Source of the DNA: an uncultured Actinomycetes bacterium
GTDB lineage: Bacteria > Actinomycetota > Thermoleophilia > Solirubrobacterales > Solirubrobacteraceae
Reading direction: 5' to 3'
Assembly: GCA_963806515.1 (NCBI GenBank)
Contig: CAWDYO010000009.1
Location: forward strand, 20,179-84,178
DNA length: 64,000 nucleotides
A program made the translations under genes and the position numbers. Below are positions 28,518-37,861 of the stretch, one piece after another; the first letter of the stretch is position 1; each line of letters starts with the position of its first letter. The notes beneath the pieces are model-generated. The model ran no database searches. It saw only the letters and a list, made by a program, of their open reading frames with translations, and was not told the DNA's origin.

Positions 28518-29345
28518 CTACGCGCTTGCGGCGTGCCGCTTGGCACGGGCTATCGCCGCATCCAGGTCGTTCGCCACCTCGGCGCGCAGGACGTAGGTCT
28601 CGAGCAGGACGTCCCCGAGTTCGAGCCACAGGCGATCCGCGTCCTTGGTTGATTGCGCGGCGTCGCCCGCCGCTGTCGCGGCGCCGTCTTCCAACCCGGC
28701 CTTCTCCGAGCTCACCCAGGTGAACGGGGTGTAGCCCGACCACTCCGCGAAGATGTGGGCCAAGGCCAGTACCGGAACGACGATCACGAGTGCTGTCAGC
28801 GCCCGCTCGGGCGTGTCCGCGTAGCAGACCCCTAGCCCCGCCGCGATCAGCCCGATGACGACGGCGAAGGCGAGGACGATCGATCGCCAGCCCGACTCTG
28901 CCGACTTGCGTGTGAGCCGCTCCGGCACCTGCCCCAAGCATCGATCGGGTGCCACGCGCGGCTCGCTCGCTGGCCGCAGCTCGGCCAGGAGCCCCGACGC
29001 CGCCGCGTACTCGCTGTGTAGTTGTGCCAGCTCCCGCCGCTGGAAGAGACCGGCGATCACGCACGTGATCGCCATCGCCGTCAAGCCGCGGCTCAAGGCT
29101 TCCTCGCTCGGAACCACCTGCTCGTCCGGAGCCATCGGATCGTGCTTCAAGACAAGGCCGTAGATCGCCGCCGCCGCGCCGACCGCCGCGCCATAGGCCA
29201 CGCGGATCGCGGTCGTCGTTCGTACGAAGTACCACTCGTAGATGCGGTCGAGCCGGGCGTGCGCGTCCACGGCCCGCGCGAGGTTGAGCAGGTCCCTGAA
29301 CGCGAACGAGCTCCGCGCTTGGAGAATGCGCCAGATCCGCGTCAC
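28518..29345 (-). CDS. Hypothetical membrane protein
   Basis: 275 aa with non-biased composition and about 4 TM segments. No motif recognised. Confidence 0.5.
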   Translation of the reverse strand: MTRIWRILQARSSFAFRDLLNLARAVDAHARLDRIYEWYFVRTTTAIRVAYGAAVGAAAAIYGLVLKHDPMAPDEQVVPSEEALSRGLTAMAITCVIAGLFQRRELAQLHSEYAAASGLLAELRPASEPRVAPDRCLGQVPERLTRKSAESGWRSIVLAFAVVIGLIAAGLGVCYADTPERALTALVIVVPVLALAHIFAEWSGYTPFTWVSSEKAGLEDGAATAAGDAAQSTKDADRLWLELGDVLLETYVLRAEVANDLDAAIARAKRHAASA

Positions 29346-29579
29346 GGTGCCGGGACCGGTGCTGGGAGATGCTCACCCAGCTGCTGATCGATGACGCGGA
29401 TGCGATCGTCGCGCGTGTGTCGGAGCCGTTCCACGCCAAGCAGGCTAATGGCACGGCGGCGCGCCGGCACGTGCGGCCAAGACGACGATGCCGGGTATGT
29501 CCCGCCTGGACAGTGTGCCGGGTGGGTGTCCCGGCCTATGCTCCGAAACTCGGGACCTCACGACACGCTGGGAGCGGCT

Positions 29580-30530
29580 GTGGCACAGATCGGCTTCGTC
29601 GGGCTCGGCCGCATGGGCGGCAACATGGTCACGCGCATCAAGCGCGACTCCGATCACGACGTCGTCGCGTTCGATCGCGACAAGGATGTCGTCAAGAAGA
29701 TCGCGGAGGCGACGGGCGCGCGCGGCGCGAACACGCTGAAGGCGCTCGTGAAGAAGCTCGACGCGCCGCGGATGGTGTGGATCATGGTCCCCGCCGGCGC
29801 GCCGACGCAAAGCACCGTGGACGCCCTCGCGAAGCTGCTCGACAAGGGCGACATGATCATCGACGGCGGCAACTCGAAGTGGACCGACGACAAGGCGCGC
29901 GCAGCCGTCCTGAAGAAGGCCGGCATCGACTACCTCGACGTCGGCACGAGCGGCGGCGTCTGGGGCCTGGACGTCGGCTACTGCATGATGGTCGGCGGGC
30001 CGAAGCCGGCCGTGAAGAGGCTCGCGCCGATCCTCGACGTCCTCGCGCCCGAGACCAACGAGCTCAGCGCCGCAGCCATTGGGCCCCGCGGGTGGGGCCA
30101 CTTCGGCCCTTCCGGCGCGGGCCACTACGTGAAGATGGTCCACAACGGCATCGAGTACGGGCTCATGCAGGCCTACGCCGAGGGCTTCGACCTCTTCGAC
30201 AAGTGCGAGTACGAGCTCGACAACGCGAAGATCGCGCACCTGTGGAACCAGGGGTCGGTCGTGCGCTCGTGGCTGTGTGAGCTCGCCGCCCGCGCGTTCG
30301 AGCTCGAGGGCGACGCCCTCACGCACCTCAGCGGCTACACCGCCGACTCCGGCGAGGGCCGCTGGACGATCGAGGACGCGATGGACAAGGACGTCCCGAC
30401 GCCCGTCATCACCGCGTCGTTGCACGCGCGCTTCTACAGCCGCGGCAACGGCGACTTCACGCATCGCATGCTCGCGGCGCTGCGCGCGCAGTTCGGCGGC
30501 CACGCCACGAAGAAGTCGGCCGACGGATGA
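29580..30530 (+). CDS. gnd: 6-phosphogluconate dehydrogenase (decarboxylating), short Gnd/YqeC type
   Basis: GTG 29580 is preceded by GGAG. 'IGFVGLGRMGGNM', 'IDGGNS', 'GTSGGVWG', 'GAGHYVKMVHNGIEYG'. Confidence 0.9.
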   Translation: MAQIGFVGLGRMGGNMVTRIKRDSDHDVVAFDRDKDVVKKIAEATGARGANTLKALVKKLDAPRMVWIMVPAGAPTQSTVDALAKLLDKGDMIIDGGNSKWTDDKARAAVLKKAGIDYLDVGTSGGVWGLDVGYCMMVGGPKPAVKRLAPILDVLAPETNELSAAAIGPRGWGHFGPSGAGHYVKMVHNGIEYGLMQAYAEGFDLFDKCEYELDNAKIAHLWNQGSVVRSWLCELAARAFELEGDALTHLSGYTADSGEGRWTIEDAMDKDVPTPVITASLHARFYSRGNGDFTHRMLAALRAQFGGHATKKSADG

Positions 30531-32092
30531 CGTCGCCGTCCCGCGCGGGAACGAAGCCGAGCGAGACCGGGCGCGACGCCGGACCCAACCCGCTCGCGGT
30601 CGCGCTCGAGCGCCTGCCGGTCCACGCCACGACGCTCGTCATCTTCGGCGCGACCGGCGACCTCGCCCGGCGCAAGCTCCTCCCCGCGCTCTACAACCTC
30701 GCCCACGAAGGGGCGCTGCCCGAGCACTTCGCGCTCGTCGGCAGCTCGCGCGGGGCTCTGTCCGACGAGGAGTTCCGCGAGCTGGCGGCGAGCGCCGTGG
30801 GCGAGTTCTCCCGCCGCCCGCCGGACGAGAAGGTGCTCGCGAACCTCTTCGAGACCGCGCGCTACGTCGCGGGGTCCTTCGACGACGACACGGTCTACGA
30901 GCGCCTGGCGACCGTCCTGCCGGAGATCGACGAGCAGGCGGGCGTGCCGATGAACCGCTGCTTCTACCTGTCGACCGCGCCGGAGTTCTTCCCGGTGATC
31001 GTCAAGCAGCTCGGCAGCCACGACCTCGACGACCACGACCACGCCGAGGTCCGCGTGATCATCGAGAAGCCGTTCGGCACGCGCCTCGCCGAGGCGCGCG
31101 AGCTCAACGAGATCGTCCTGTCGGTCTTCGAGGAGCGCCAGGTCTTCCGCATCGACCACTACCTCGGCAAGGAGACCGTCCAGAACGTCCTGGCGCTGCG
31201 CTTCGCCAACGGGATGTTCGAGCCGCTGTGGAACCGCAACTACATCGACCACGTGCAGATCACGGCGTCAGAGGACATCGGCATCGGCACGCGCGCGGGC
31301 TACTACGACCACGCCGGCGCGCTGCGCGACCTCGTCCAGAACCACATGCTCCAGCTGCTCACGCTGCTGTGCATGGAGCCGCCCGTCGACTTCTCCGCCG
31401 ACGAGGTCCGCGACGAGAAGGTCAAGGTCCTGCGTGCGATCCACGCCCCGAAGCCGGAGGAGGTGCCGGGCATGGCGGTGCGCGCGCAGTACGCGAGCGG
31501 GAACGTCGCCGGCGTCGATGTCCCCGGCTACCTCGAGGAGGCCGGCGTGCCCGACGACTCGAACACGGAGACCTACGCTGCGCTGCGCCTGGAGGTCGAC
31601 AACTGGCGCTGGGCCGGGGTGCCGATGGTGCTGCGCACGGGCAAGCGCCTCGCGCGGAAGGTCACCGAGATCGCCGTGACGCTCAAGCCGGTGCCGCACC
31701 TCGCCTTCCACCACGAGGGGTCGATCGGCGTGCGGCCGAACGTCCTCGTGCTGACCGTCCAGCCCAACGAGGGCGTATCGCTGTCGATCGGGGCGAAGAT
31801 CCCCGGCACGCGGATGGCGATCCGCCCGGTGCAGATGGAGTTCCTCTACGGCTCGGCGTTCATGTCGCAGTCGCCGGAGGCCTACGAGCGGCTCATCCTC
31901 GACGCGATGCGCGGCGACGCGACGCTCTTCACCCGCAACGACGAGGTCGAGGCGCAGTGGAACATCTGCGACCCGATCGTCGCGACCTGGGAGCAGATGC
32001 CGGGTCCGCTGCCGCAGTACGAGGCCGGCTCACAGGGTCCGGCGGAGGCCGACGACCTGCTGGGCGGCGAGCGGTCGTGGAGGATGATCTAA
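30527..32092 (+). CDS. zwf: Glucose-6-phosphate dehydrogenase
   Basis: 'IFGATGDLARRKL', 'RIDHYLGKE' active-site motif, 'EKPFG'. 4-nt overlap with the gnd stop. Confidence 0.95.
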   Translation: MTSPSRAGTKPSETGRDAGPNPLAVALERLPVHATTLVIFGATGDLARRKLLPALYNLAHEGALPEHFALVGSSRGALSDEEFRELAASAVGEFSRRPPDEKVLANLFETARYVAGSFDDDTVYERLATVLPEIDEQAGVPMNRCFYLSTAPEFFPVIVKQLGSHDLDDHDHAEVRVIIEKPFGTRLAEARELNEIVLSVFEERQVFRIDHYLGKETVQNVLALRFANGMFEPLWNRNYIDHVQITASEDIGIGTRAGYYDHAGALRDLVQNHMLQLLTLLCMEPPVDFSADEVRDEKVKVLRAIHAPKPEEVPGMAVRAQYASGNVAGVDVPGYLEEAGVPDDSNTETYAALRLEVDNWRWAGVPMVLRTGKRLARKVTEIAVTLKPVPHLAFHHEGSIGVRPNVLVLTVQPNEGVSLSIGAKIPGTRMAIRPVQMEFLYGSAFMSQSPEAYERLILDAMRGDATLFTRNDEVEAQWNICDPIVATWEQMPGPLPQYEAGSQGPAEADDLLGGERSWRMI

Positions 32093-32138
32093 TGGCCCCG
32101 CCTGCAGATCCGCCCACGCTGACCTACAGGCGGAACCA

Positions 32139-33227
32139 TTGAGCCCGAGCGTCCTCGACTCCTACTGGAGCGCGCAGGACACGACGCCCGCGGCGATCGA
32201 GGCCGCGCTGCGCAACCTCGTCTCCGAGCGCCATCGCGAGAACGAGGGCTACGTCGCCGCGCGCGCGCTGAACATGGTCACGATCGTCGACGCGGACTAC
32301 AGCGGCGAGATCGCCAACCGCCTGCGGCGCGTCGGGCGCTACCACGCCTCGCGCACGGTCGTCTGCTCGGTCGAGCCGGGACGCACGACGATCGACGCGC
32401 GCGCGACGGTCGCCTCCGAGGCCGACCCGCGCCCGGGCGAGTTCTCGCTCATGCGCGAGACCGTCGTCATCTCCGTCGGCGAGAGGCACCTCCCCCACCT
32501 CGCGCGGATCGTCGACCCGCTCATCGTGACCGACCTCGCGACGATCGTCTGGTCGCCGCACGGCCACCGCGAGGCGATCGACGCGCTTGTCAGCCCCTCC
32601 GCCGGCGCGCGCCCCATCGCGCAGTGCGTCCTGACCGACTCCGCGCACGAGGCCGAAGAGCACGAGAAGCTCGACCGCTTGTGCGACCTCGCCGCGGTGG
32701 TCGACGTCGTCGACCTCGCGTGGCTGCGCATCACGCCGTGGCGGGAGCGGCTCGCCGCGCACTTCGACCCGCCGGACCGCCGGCCCGAGCTGCGCACGCT
32801 GTCGAAGATCTCCGTCCGCCATGGCAGGGACTCGCTGATCTCGGCGCTCCTGCTCGTCGGGTGGCTGTGCGAGCGCCTCGGCTGGCGCACCGAGTTGCTG
32901 ACCCGCCACGACGCGCTGCTGCGCGGGCGCGCGCGCGGACGCCGCGGCGAGGTCGAGCTGCGCCTGGAGCCCGTCGACGGGATGCGCGTCCCCGGGCTGG
33001 CCGGTCTCGAGATCCGCTCGGACCTCGGGACGACCTTCGCCCTGGCCCGCGGCGAGGGCGGCCTGCGCGCCCGCCGCGTCGAGCGCAAGGGCGAGGAGCG
33101 GGTCTGGACCGTGCTGGGGGCGTCGCGTGGCGAGCCCGGCATCCTCGGCGAGGGCATCCGCCACGCGCTCCTGCCCGACCCGACGTTCGCGCCGGCGCTT
33201 GCGGCGGCGCGGCGCATGCTCGGATGA
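32139..33227 (+). CDS. opcA: OpcA, glucose-6-phosphate dehydrogenase assembly protein
   Basis: 362 aa immediately after zwf. 'ARALNMVTIVDADYSGEIANRL..GRYHASRTVV..DLATIVWSP'. TTG start as given by the ORF track. Confidence 0.8.
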   Translation: MSPSVLDSYWSAQDTTPAAIEAALRNLVSERHRENEGYVAARALNMVTIVDADYSGEIANRLRRVGRYHASRTVVCSVEPGRTTIDARATVASEADPRPGEFSLMRETVVISVGERHLPHLARIVDPLIVTDLATIVWSPHGHREAIDALVSPSAGARPIAQCVLTDSAHEAEEHEKLDRLCDLAAVVDVVDLAWLRITPWRERLAAHFDPPDRRPELRTLSKISVRHGRDSLISALLLVGWLCERLGWRTELLTRHDALLRGRARGRRGEVELRLEPVDGMRVPGLAGLEIRSDLGTTFALARGEGGLRARRVERKGEERVWTVLGASRGEPGILGEGIRHALLPDPTFAPALAAARRMLG

Positions 33228-33241
33228 CCGGGAGGGTTGCG

Positions 33242-33361
33242 TGTCGAGTTGACCCCGGTATACGGGGTCAATCCGCCACTCGCGCACACCGGGAGATCGA
33301 CTGGCGAGTTGACCCCGATATCCGGGGTCGATCCGCCATTCGCGCGCGGCGGAGGGTTGCG
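33242..33361. repeat. REP-like palindromic element, two tandem 60-bp copies (copies 2 and 3)
   Basis: TGTCGAGTTGACCCCGGTATACGGGGTCAATCCGCCACTCGCGC... and TGGCGAGTTGACCCCGATATCCGGGGTCGATCCGCCATTCGCGC.... The pair is bounded by GGAGGGTTGCG at 33231-33241 and 33351-33361. Confidence 0.85.
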
Positions 33362-33363
33362 CC

Positions 33364-34059
33364 GTGACGCGGGTGCGGGTCTTCGACGACGCCGAGGCCG
33401 TGGCGGCGCACGCGGCCGGCGAGCTCGCCCGGCGAATCGGCGAGGCGCGCGACGAAGGGCGCGAGCTGCACGTCGCGCTCGCGGGCGGGTCGACGCCGAA
33501 GCGCGCGTACCTGCTGCTCGCGCAGATCGAGGGCTCGTGGAAGCACGTGCACCTGTGGCTCGGCGACGAGCGCTGCGTGCCCGACGGCGACCCGGAGTCC
33601 AACGCGCAGATGGTGCGCGAGTCGCTCCTGGCCGGCGCGCGTGCAGAGCCGCCGGTGCTGCACGCGGTGCGGTCGCCGCTCGTCCCCGAGGACGCGGCCT
33701 GGCTGTACGGGCTCGAGGTCGTCCGCGACGTGCCGGAGAGCGTCTTCGACGTCGTCCTGCTGGGCATGGGCCCCGACGGCCACACCTGCTCGCTGTTCCC
33801 CGGCCACCCGGTGCTTTCGGTCTCGGAGGCTCCCGTCGCGCCGGTGCGCGAATCGCCCAAGCCGCCGCCCGAGCGGGTGACGCTGACCCTGCCCGTGGTC
33901 GCCCGCGCGCGCTTCACCCAGCTGCTCGTGACGGGCGCCGACAAGCGCGAGGCGTTGACCCGCACGCTGGCCGGCGAGGCCGGTCTGCCGCTCGCGATGC
34001 TCGGCGACGGACTCGACGAGATCGCCTGTGATGCGGCGGCGCGCGGCGCGAAAGGCTGA
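33364..34059 (+). CDS. pgl: 6-phosphogluconolactonase
   Basis: 'ALAGGSTP', 'WLGDERCVP', 'DVVLLGMGPDGHTCSLFPGHP'. GTG start with GGAGGG 8 nt upstream. Confidence 0.9.
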   Translation: MTRVRVFDDAEAVAAHAAGELARRIGEARDEGRELHVALAGGSTPKRAYLLLAQIEGSWKHVHLWLGDERCVPDGDPESNAQMVRESLLAGARAEPPVLHAVRSPLVPEDAAWLYGLEVVRDVPESVFDVVLLGMGPDGHTCSLFPGHPVLSVSEAPVAPVRESPKPPPERVTLTLPVVARARFTQLLVTGADKREALTRTLAGEAGLPLAMLGDGLDEIACDAAARGAKG

Positions 34060-34124
34060 CCACCCGAGCAGGCCACGTCCAGAAACATCCTCGACACAGC
34101 CGCATCGACGTAGGGTTGCATCAC

Positions 34125-36269
34125 ATGAGGCGGATCGGAGGACGGCGCGGACGCTGGCGGGCTGCGGCGTGGCCCGCGCTCCTCATCGTGTCGGGCGCAC
34201 TGATCGCGTGGATCGTCGTTCGACGCGAGGGCGGCACGACGACCGACGTCGCGGCCGCGATAGCGGTCCTCGTCGCGCTCGCGGGAATCGCCGAGCGACA
34301 GCTCCAGAAGCACAGCGAAGCCGACGCACGGCCCGCTCCGCAAGGCCTCGACGCGGCGCAGCTCGACGCGTGGCGTGCGCGGTTGCGCACGGCGGTACGC
34401 GCGGCTCGCGTCGAGCAGGGCGGCCAACTCGATCAGATGATCCCCCACGGCGAGGCGATCTCGGTGAAGACCAAGGCGGTAGACGACGCGCGGCGACCGC
34501 GACTGCGCGTTGGGGGAAAGCTGCTGGATTGGAGCGAGATCACGTCTCAATGGGAGACCTCCCAAGACCGGCTGGTCATTCTCGGTGAGCCCGGCTATGG
34601 CAAGACCGTCGCGGCGCTGACGCTGATCTCGCATATCAACGCGCGCGACGAGGTCGGCGTCGCAGTAGCCGAGCTCTTCTCGCTCGCGCATTGGGACTTC
34701 TCCGAGGACGACGAGCGCGATACTCCGCTCGCCGAGTGGCTCGCCGAGCAGCTCACCGCGGCCTATCCGGCGGACCTGCCGCAGACCGTGTCGCGACAGC
34801 TGATCGATGAGGGCCTCGTGCTGCCCGTGCTCGACGGCCTTGACGAGATCCCCAGTCTCGAGCGGCGCCGCGCGTGCGTGGACGCGATTAACGCGTACAC
34901 GCGGCGCGCCCCGCCGCACCGGCCGTTCGTGCTGACGTGCCGGGTCCTCGAGTACACACAGCTCGCGCCCGAATGGGTTGGTGCCGACCAGATCGTCATG
35001 CTGGTCGGCCTGCAGTCCGACCAGGTCGAGGCGATCCTTGCCGAGCGCACTAAGGGACGCGCGGGCTGGAACGTGATCCGCGCCGAATATGCCTCGGGCA
35101 ATGCGACGCTCCACGACGTCTTCCGCAGTCCACTGCGCATCGCGATCGCGTTGCAGGCCTACCGCGACCGCGACCCCGTCGAGCTGATCGGCCTCACGGT
35201 CGCCGAGGCCCGCGGGCGCCTCTGGGAGCTGCTGCTCACGACGACGGCCGATGCGTACAAGAACGCAAGCTCCTCACAGGTCCGGACATGGCTCGAGTTC
35301 CTCGCATCGAGCATGCGCCGGACGGCGCGCCAGCGCTTGATGTTGCATGAGCTGTACCTCATCGTTCCTGATCCCAGCCGCGAACTGCAAGGGCAACGGC
35401 TGGTCGCCGTGCTCGTCGTGGCATCCGTCGGCGGTGCCGGCGCAACGTTCGCTGCGGGACTCGGACACGCCTGGGGGTTGGCGCTCGGGGTAGGCAGCGC
35501 AGCGCTGTTCGTGCCCTTCGGCGCGAGGGGTGTGGGTGCGGCGCCGACGACGGCTGTTCGCCTCGGCGTGAAGGCGCGTGCCCGCACCGCAGCCGTGAAC
35601 TTGCGCCTCAATCTGTTGGGCGGACTGGGCCTCGGCTTGGTGTTGGGACTCATTACCGGATCCGTCATCGCCCTCAGCTCAGGCGTCCGCGTGGGCGCCG
35701 CGGTGGCGGGCGTCTTGGCGCTGAGCGGCCTGGCTATGGGCATCGCGTCGCTCGTCGACAACATGGTCACGGCCAGCCACGAGGTCATCAGGAGCGAGCC
35801 TCCGTCGCGGTTCTTGCGAAAGGGCCCGGAGACCGTGCTCGCCGCCAGCCGCACCAATGGGCTGCGGCGGGGGCTCATCTTTGCGACGGGCGGCAGCGTC
35901 AGCTTTGCGATCGCCGGAGGCGTTGGCCTTGGATTGGTGGGCGAACAGGTCGATGCGCTCGGTGGAGCGCTCGCGTTCGGGCTGGTTGGCGGCATCATCT
36001 GCGGACTCGACGCCGGCCTCCTCGGCGGGCTCGACGCCTGGCTTTACCACTACTGGCTGCGTGTGCGGCTGCGCACGCGGCACCAGCTCCCATTGCAACT
36101 GCCCCGGTTCCTTCGCTGGTGTGCCGAGCCCCAGCGCGGGTTGCTGCGCATCACGAATGCCTACGAGTTTCGCCATCGCGAGCTGCTGGAGTACCTCGCG
36201 CCCGAGTCGCCGCCCGCGGCCGACGACATGCGCGCAGCGGAGGAGCCGGTCGGCCGACCGGAGGCGTAG
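34125..36269 (+). CDS. NACHT-family STAND NTPase with N-terminal and C-terminal transmembrane regions
   Basis: Walker A 'ILGEPGYGKT'. Walker B 'LVLPVLDGLDEI'. 'FVLTCR'. C-terminal about 270 aa of Gly/Ala/Leu-rich TM helices. Visibly more A/T-ending codons than the neighbours. TTG 34116 is an alternative start. Confidence 0.75.
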   Translation: MRRIGGRRGRWRAAAWPALLIVSGALIAWIVVRREGGTTTDVAAAIAVLVALAGIAERQLQKHSEADARPAPQGLDAAQLDAWRARLRTAVRAARVEQGGQLDQMIPHGEAISVKTKAVDDARRPRLRVGGKLLDWSEITSQWETSQDRLVILGEPGYGKTVAALTLISHINARDEVGVAVAELFSLAHWDFSEDDERDTPLAEWLAEQLTAAYPADLPQTVSRQLIDEGLVLPVLDGLDEIPSLERRRACVDAINAYTRRAPPHRPFVLTCRVLEYTQLAPEWVGADQIVMLVGLQSDQVEAILAERTKGRAGWNVIRAEYASGNATLHDVFRSPLRIAIALQAYRDRDPVELIGLTVAEARGRLWELLLTTTADAYKNASSSQVRTWLEFLASSMRRTARQRLMLHELYLIVPDPSRELQGQRLVAVLVVASVGGAGATFAAGLGHAWGLALGVGSAALFVPFGARGVGAAPTTAVRLGVKARARTAAVNLRLNLLGGLGLGLVLGLITGSVIALSSGVRVGAAVAGVLALSGLAMGIASLVDNMVTASHEVIRSEPPSRFLRKGPETVLAASRTNGLRRGLIFATGGSVSFAIAGGVGLGLVGEQVDALGGALAFGLVGGIICGLDAGLLGGLDAWLYHYWLRVRLRTRHQLPLQLPRFLRWCAEPQRGLLRITNAYEFRHRELLEYLAPESPPAADDMRAAEEPVGRPEA

Positions 36270-36277
36270 CCGACTGC

Positions 36278-37264
36278 TCAGTAGTAGCCGGGTACGACGA
36301 CCCGCACCGCGCGTGGGACGACCGTGATGGTCGCGGGGGTCGTGCCGATCGGATCGCCGTCGGCGTAGAAGTGAAACGGCCGGTCGGCGTCGACGTGCAG
36401 CTCGCGCGCGCGGAGGATCCGGACGGCGGGGTTGTGGACGTGCCTGCCCCTGAACACGCCGGGCAGCGCGACGAGGTAGCTGCGCTTGGGCATCTGCCCG
36501 ACGAGCACGACGTCGAGCAGGCCGTCGTCGAGCCGGGCGCCGGGGGCGAGGTGCATGCCGCCGCCGTAGTACGGCGCGTTGCAGGCCGCGACGGAGTAGC
36601 CGGCCAGGCTCAGGGGCTCGCCGTCGAGGCGCAGCTCGAAGCGCGCGGGGTCCCAGCCGGCGAGGGCGCGCAGGCCGCCATACACGTAGGCGAGGTTGCC
36701 GAGCCGCGCCGGCGCGCCGTTGGCGATCCGGTTGGCGTCGGAGTCAAAGCCCAGCGACGCGATCCCGACGAACGCGCGGCCGTCGACGTCGCCGATGTCG
36801 AGGTCGCGCTCGACGCCGGACGCGATGACGGCGCACGCCGCAGCGAGGTCCTTCGGGATCTGAAGCGAGCGGGCGAGGTCGTTGCCGCGGCCGCCGGGCA
36901 GGACCGCGAGCAGCGAACCGGGGTGGTCGCGCAGGACCCCGCCGACGCAGCCGACGAGCCCGTCGCCGCCCAACGTCACCGCGACGTCTCCGGCCTGCGC
37001 GGCACTCGCGGCGAGCGTGCGGGCGTGCTCGAGGTCGCGCGTGATCTCCGTGTGAAAGCGCAAGCCGAGCGCGCGCAGGGCATCCTCGACGCGCGGCAGG
37101 ACGCGGGCCGCACGGCCGCCACCGGCCGCCGGGTTGCAGATCAGGGCGAGGTGGCGGTCGATCGCGCGACGGTATCTCGTCGGCGCGCGGTGCGGGCGCC
37201 GCGGCGGTCGATCGCGCCGTGTCTCGCCGGCGGCCGACGCGGGCGCCGCGCCGAGCGGCGACAC
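36278..37264 (-). CDS. Diacylglycerol/lipid kinase family protein (DagK/YegS-like)
   Basis: 'ALICNPAAGGG', 'VTLGGDGLVGCV', 'LAVLPGGRGNDLARSL'. GTG 37264 is the only in-frame start upstream of the domain. Confidence 0.8.
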   Translation of the reverse strand: MSPLGAAPASAAGETRRDRPPRRPHRAPTRYRRAIDRHLALICNPAAGGGRAARVLPRVEDALRALGLRFHTEITRDLEHARTLAASAAQAGDVAVTLGGDGLVGCVGGVLRDHPGSLLAVLPGGRGNDLARSLQIPKDLAAACAVIASGVERDLDIGDVDGRAFVGIASLGFDSDANRIANGAPARLGNLAYVYGGLRALAGWDPARFELRLDGEPLSLAGYSVAACNAPYYGGGMHLAPGARLDDGLLDVVLVGQMPKRSYLVALPGVFRGRHVHNPAVRILRARELHVDADRPFHFYADGDPIGTTPATITVVPRAVRVVVPGYY

Positions 37265-37271
37265 TTGCGTG

Positions 37272-37781
37272 ATGGCTCACAACATCTCTCGCAGCGCGCT
37301 TGCCGCCGCGATCGTCCTGACCACCGTGATCGCCGGACAGGTCGCGGTCTCGTCCGCGAGCGCTCGCGTGGTCGCATCGAAGTCCACGAACATCAAGCGC
37401 AAGCCCGTGTTCGCGCGCCAGCACGGCAAGCCGCCGACGCGGCTCGTCAGCCAAGACATCATCACCGGCAAGGGGCGCGCGGCGCGCGCTGGCGACGACC
37501 TGCGCGTGAAGTACATCGGCAGGCTGTGGGGTGGCAAGCTCATCGACGACGGCTGGCGGCTCCCCGCGTTTCGCTTTCAGCTGGGCGTCGGCATCGTCAT
37601 CAAGGGCTGGGATCGCGGCATGCGCGGCATCCGCCCGGGCGGGCGGCGACAGCTGACGATCCCTCCGTGGCTGGCCTACGGCTCCAGAGGTCAGGGCCCC
37701 ATCCCGCCCAACGCGACGCTGGTCTTCATCGTCGATGCGGTCTCGGTCAGACCACATGACGACACGCCGGTGGCCCCCTAA
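37272..37781 (+). CDS. Secreted FKBP-type peptidyl-prolyl cis-trans isomerase
   Basis: ATG 37272 with signal-like 'ALAAAIVLTTVIAGQVAVSSA'. 'VKYIGRLW.G..ID......F.FQLGVGIVIKGWD.GM.G...GG.R.L.IPP.LAYG'. Confidence 0.8.
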   Translation: MAHNISRSALAAAIVLTTVIAGQVAVSSASARVVASKSTNIKRKPVFARQHGKPPTRLVSQDIITGKGRAARAGDDLRVKYIGRLWGGKLIDDGWRLPAFRFQLGVGIVIKGWDRGMRGIRPGGRRQLTIPPWLAYGSRGQGPIPPNATLVFIVDAVSVRPHDDTPVAP

Positions 37782-37861
37782 AGGGGAGGCGCCGGTGCGG
37801 CTAACCGAACGCCAGGACGCCAGCCTGCCCCAGTGACCTCGAGGCCCCCGCACGCGAAGGT

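Noticed and set aside
32124-35114. 996-aa minus-strand ORF, and similar long ORFs at 40705..43209, 7913..10558, 60696..63353 (upstream part) and 52530..54661
   Set aside because: All are antisense or out-of-frame shadows of recognisable genes, with extreme Arg/Pro/Ala bias. For 60696..63353 only the last 248 codons (gpI-like) are credible.
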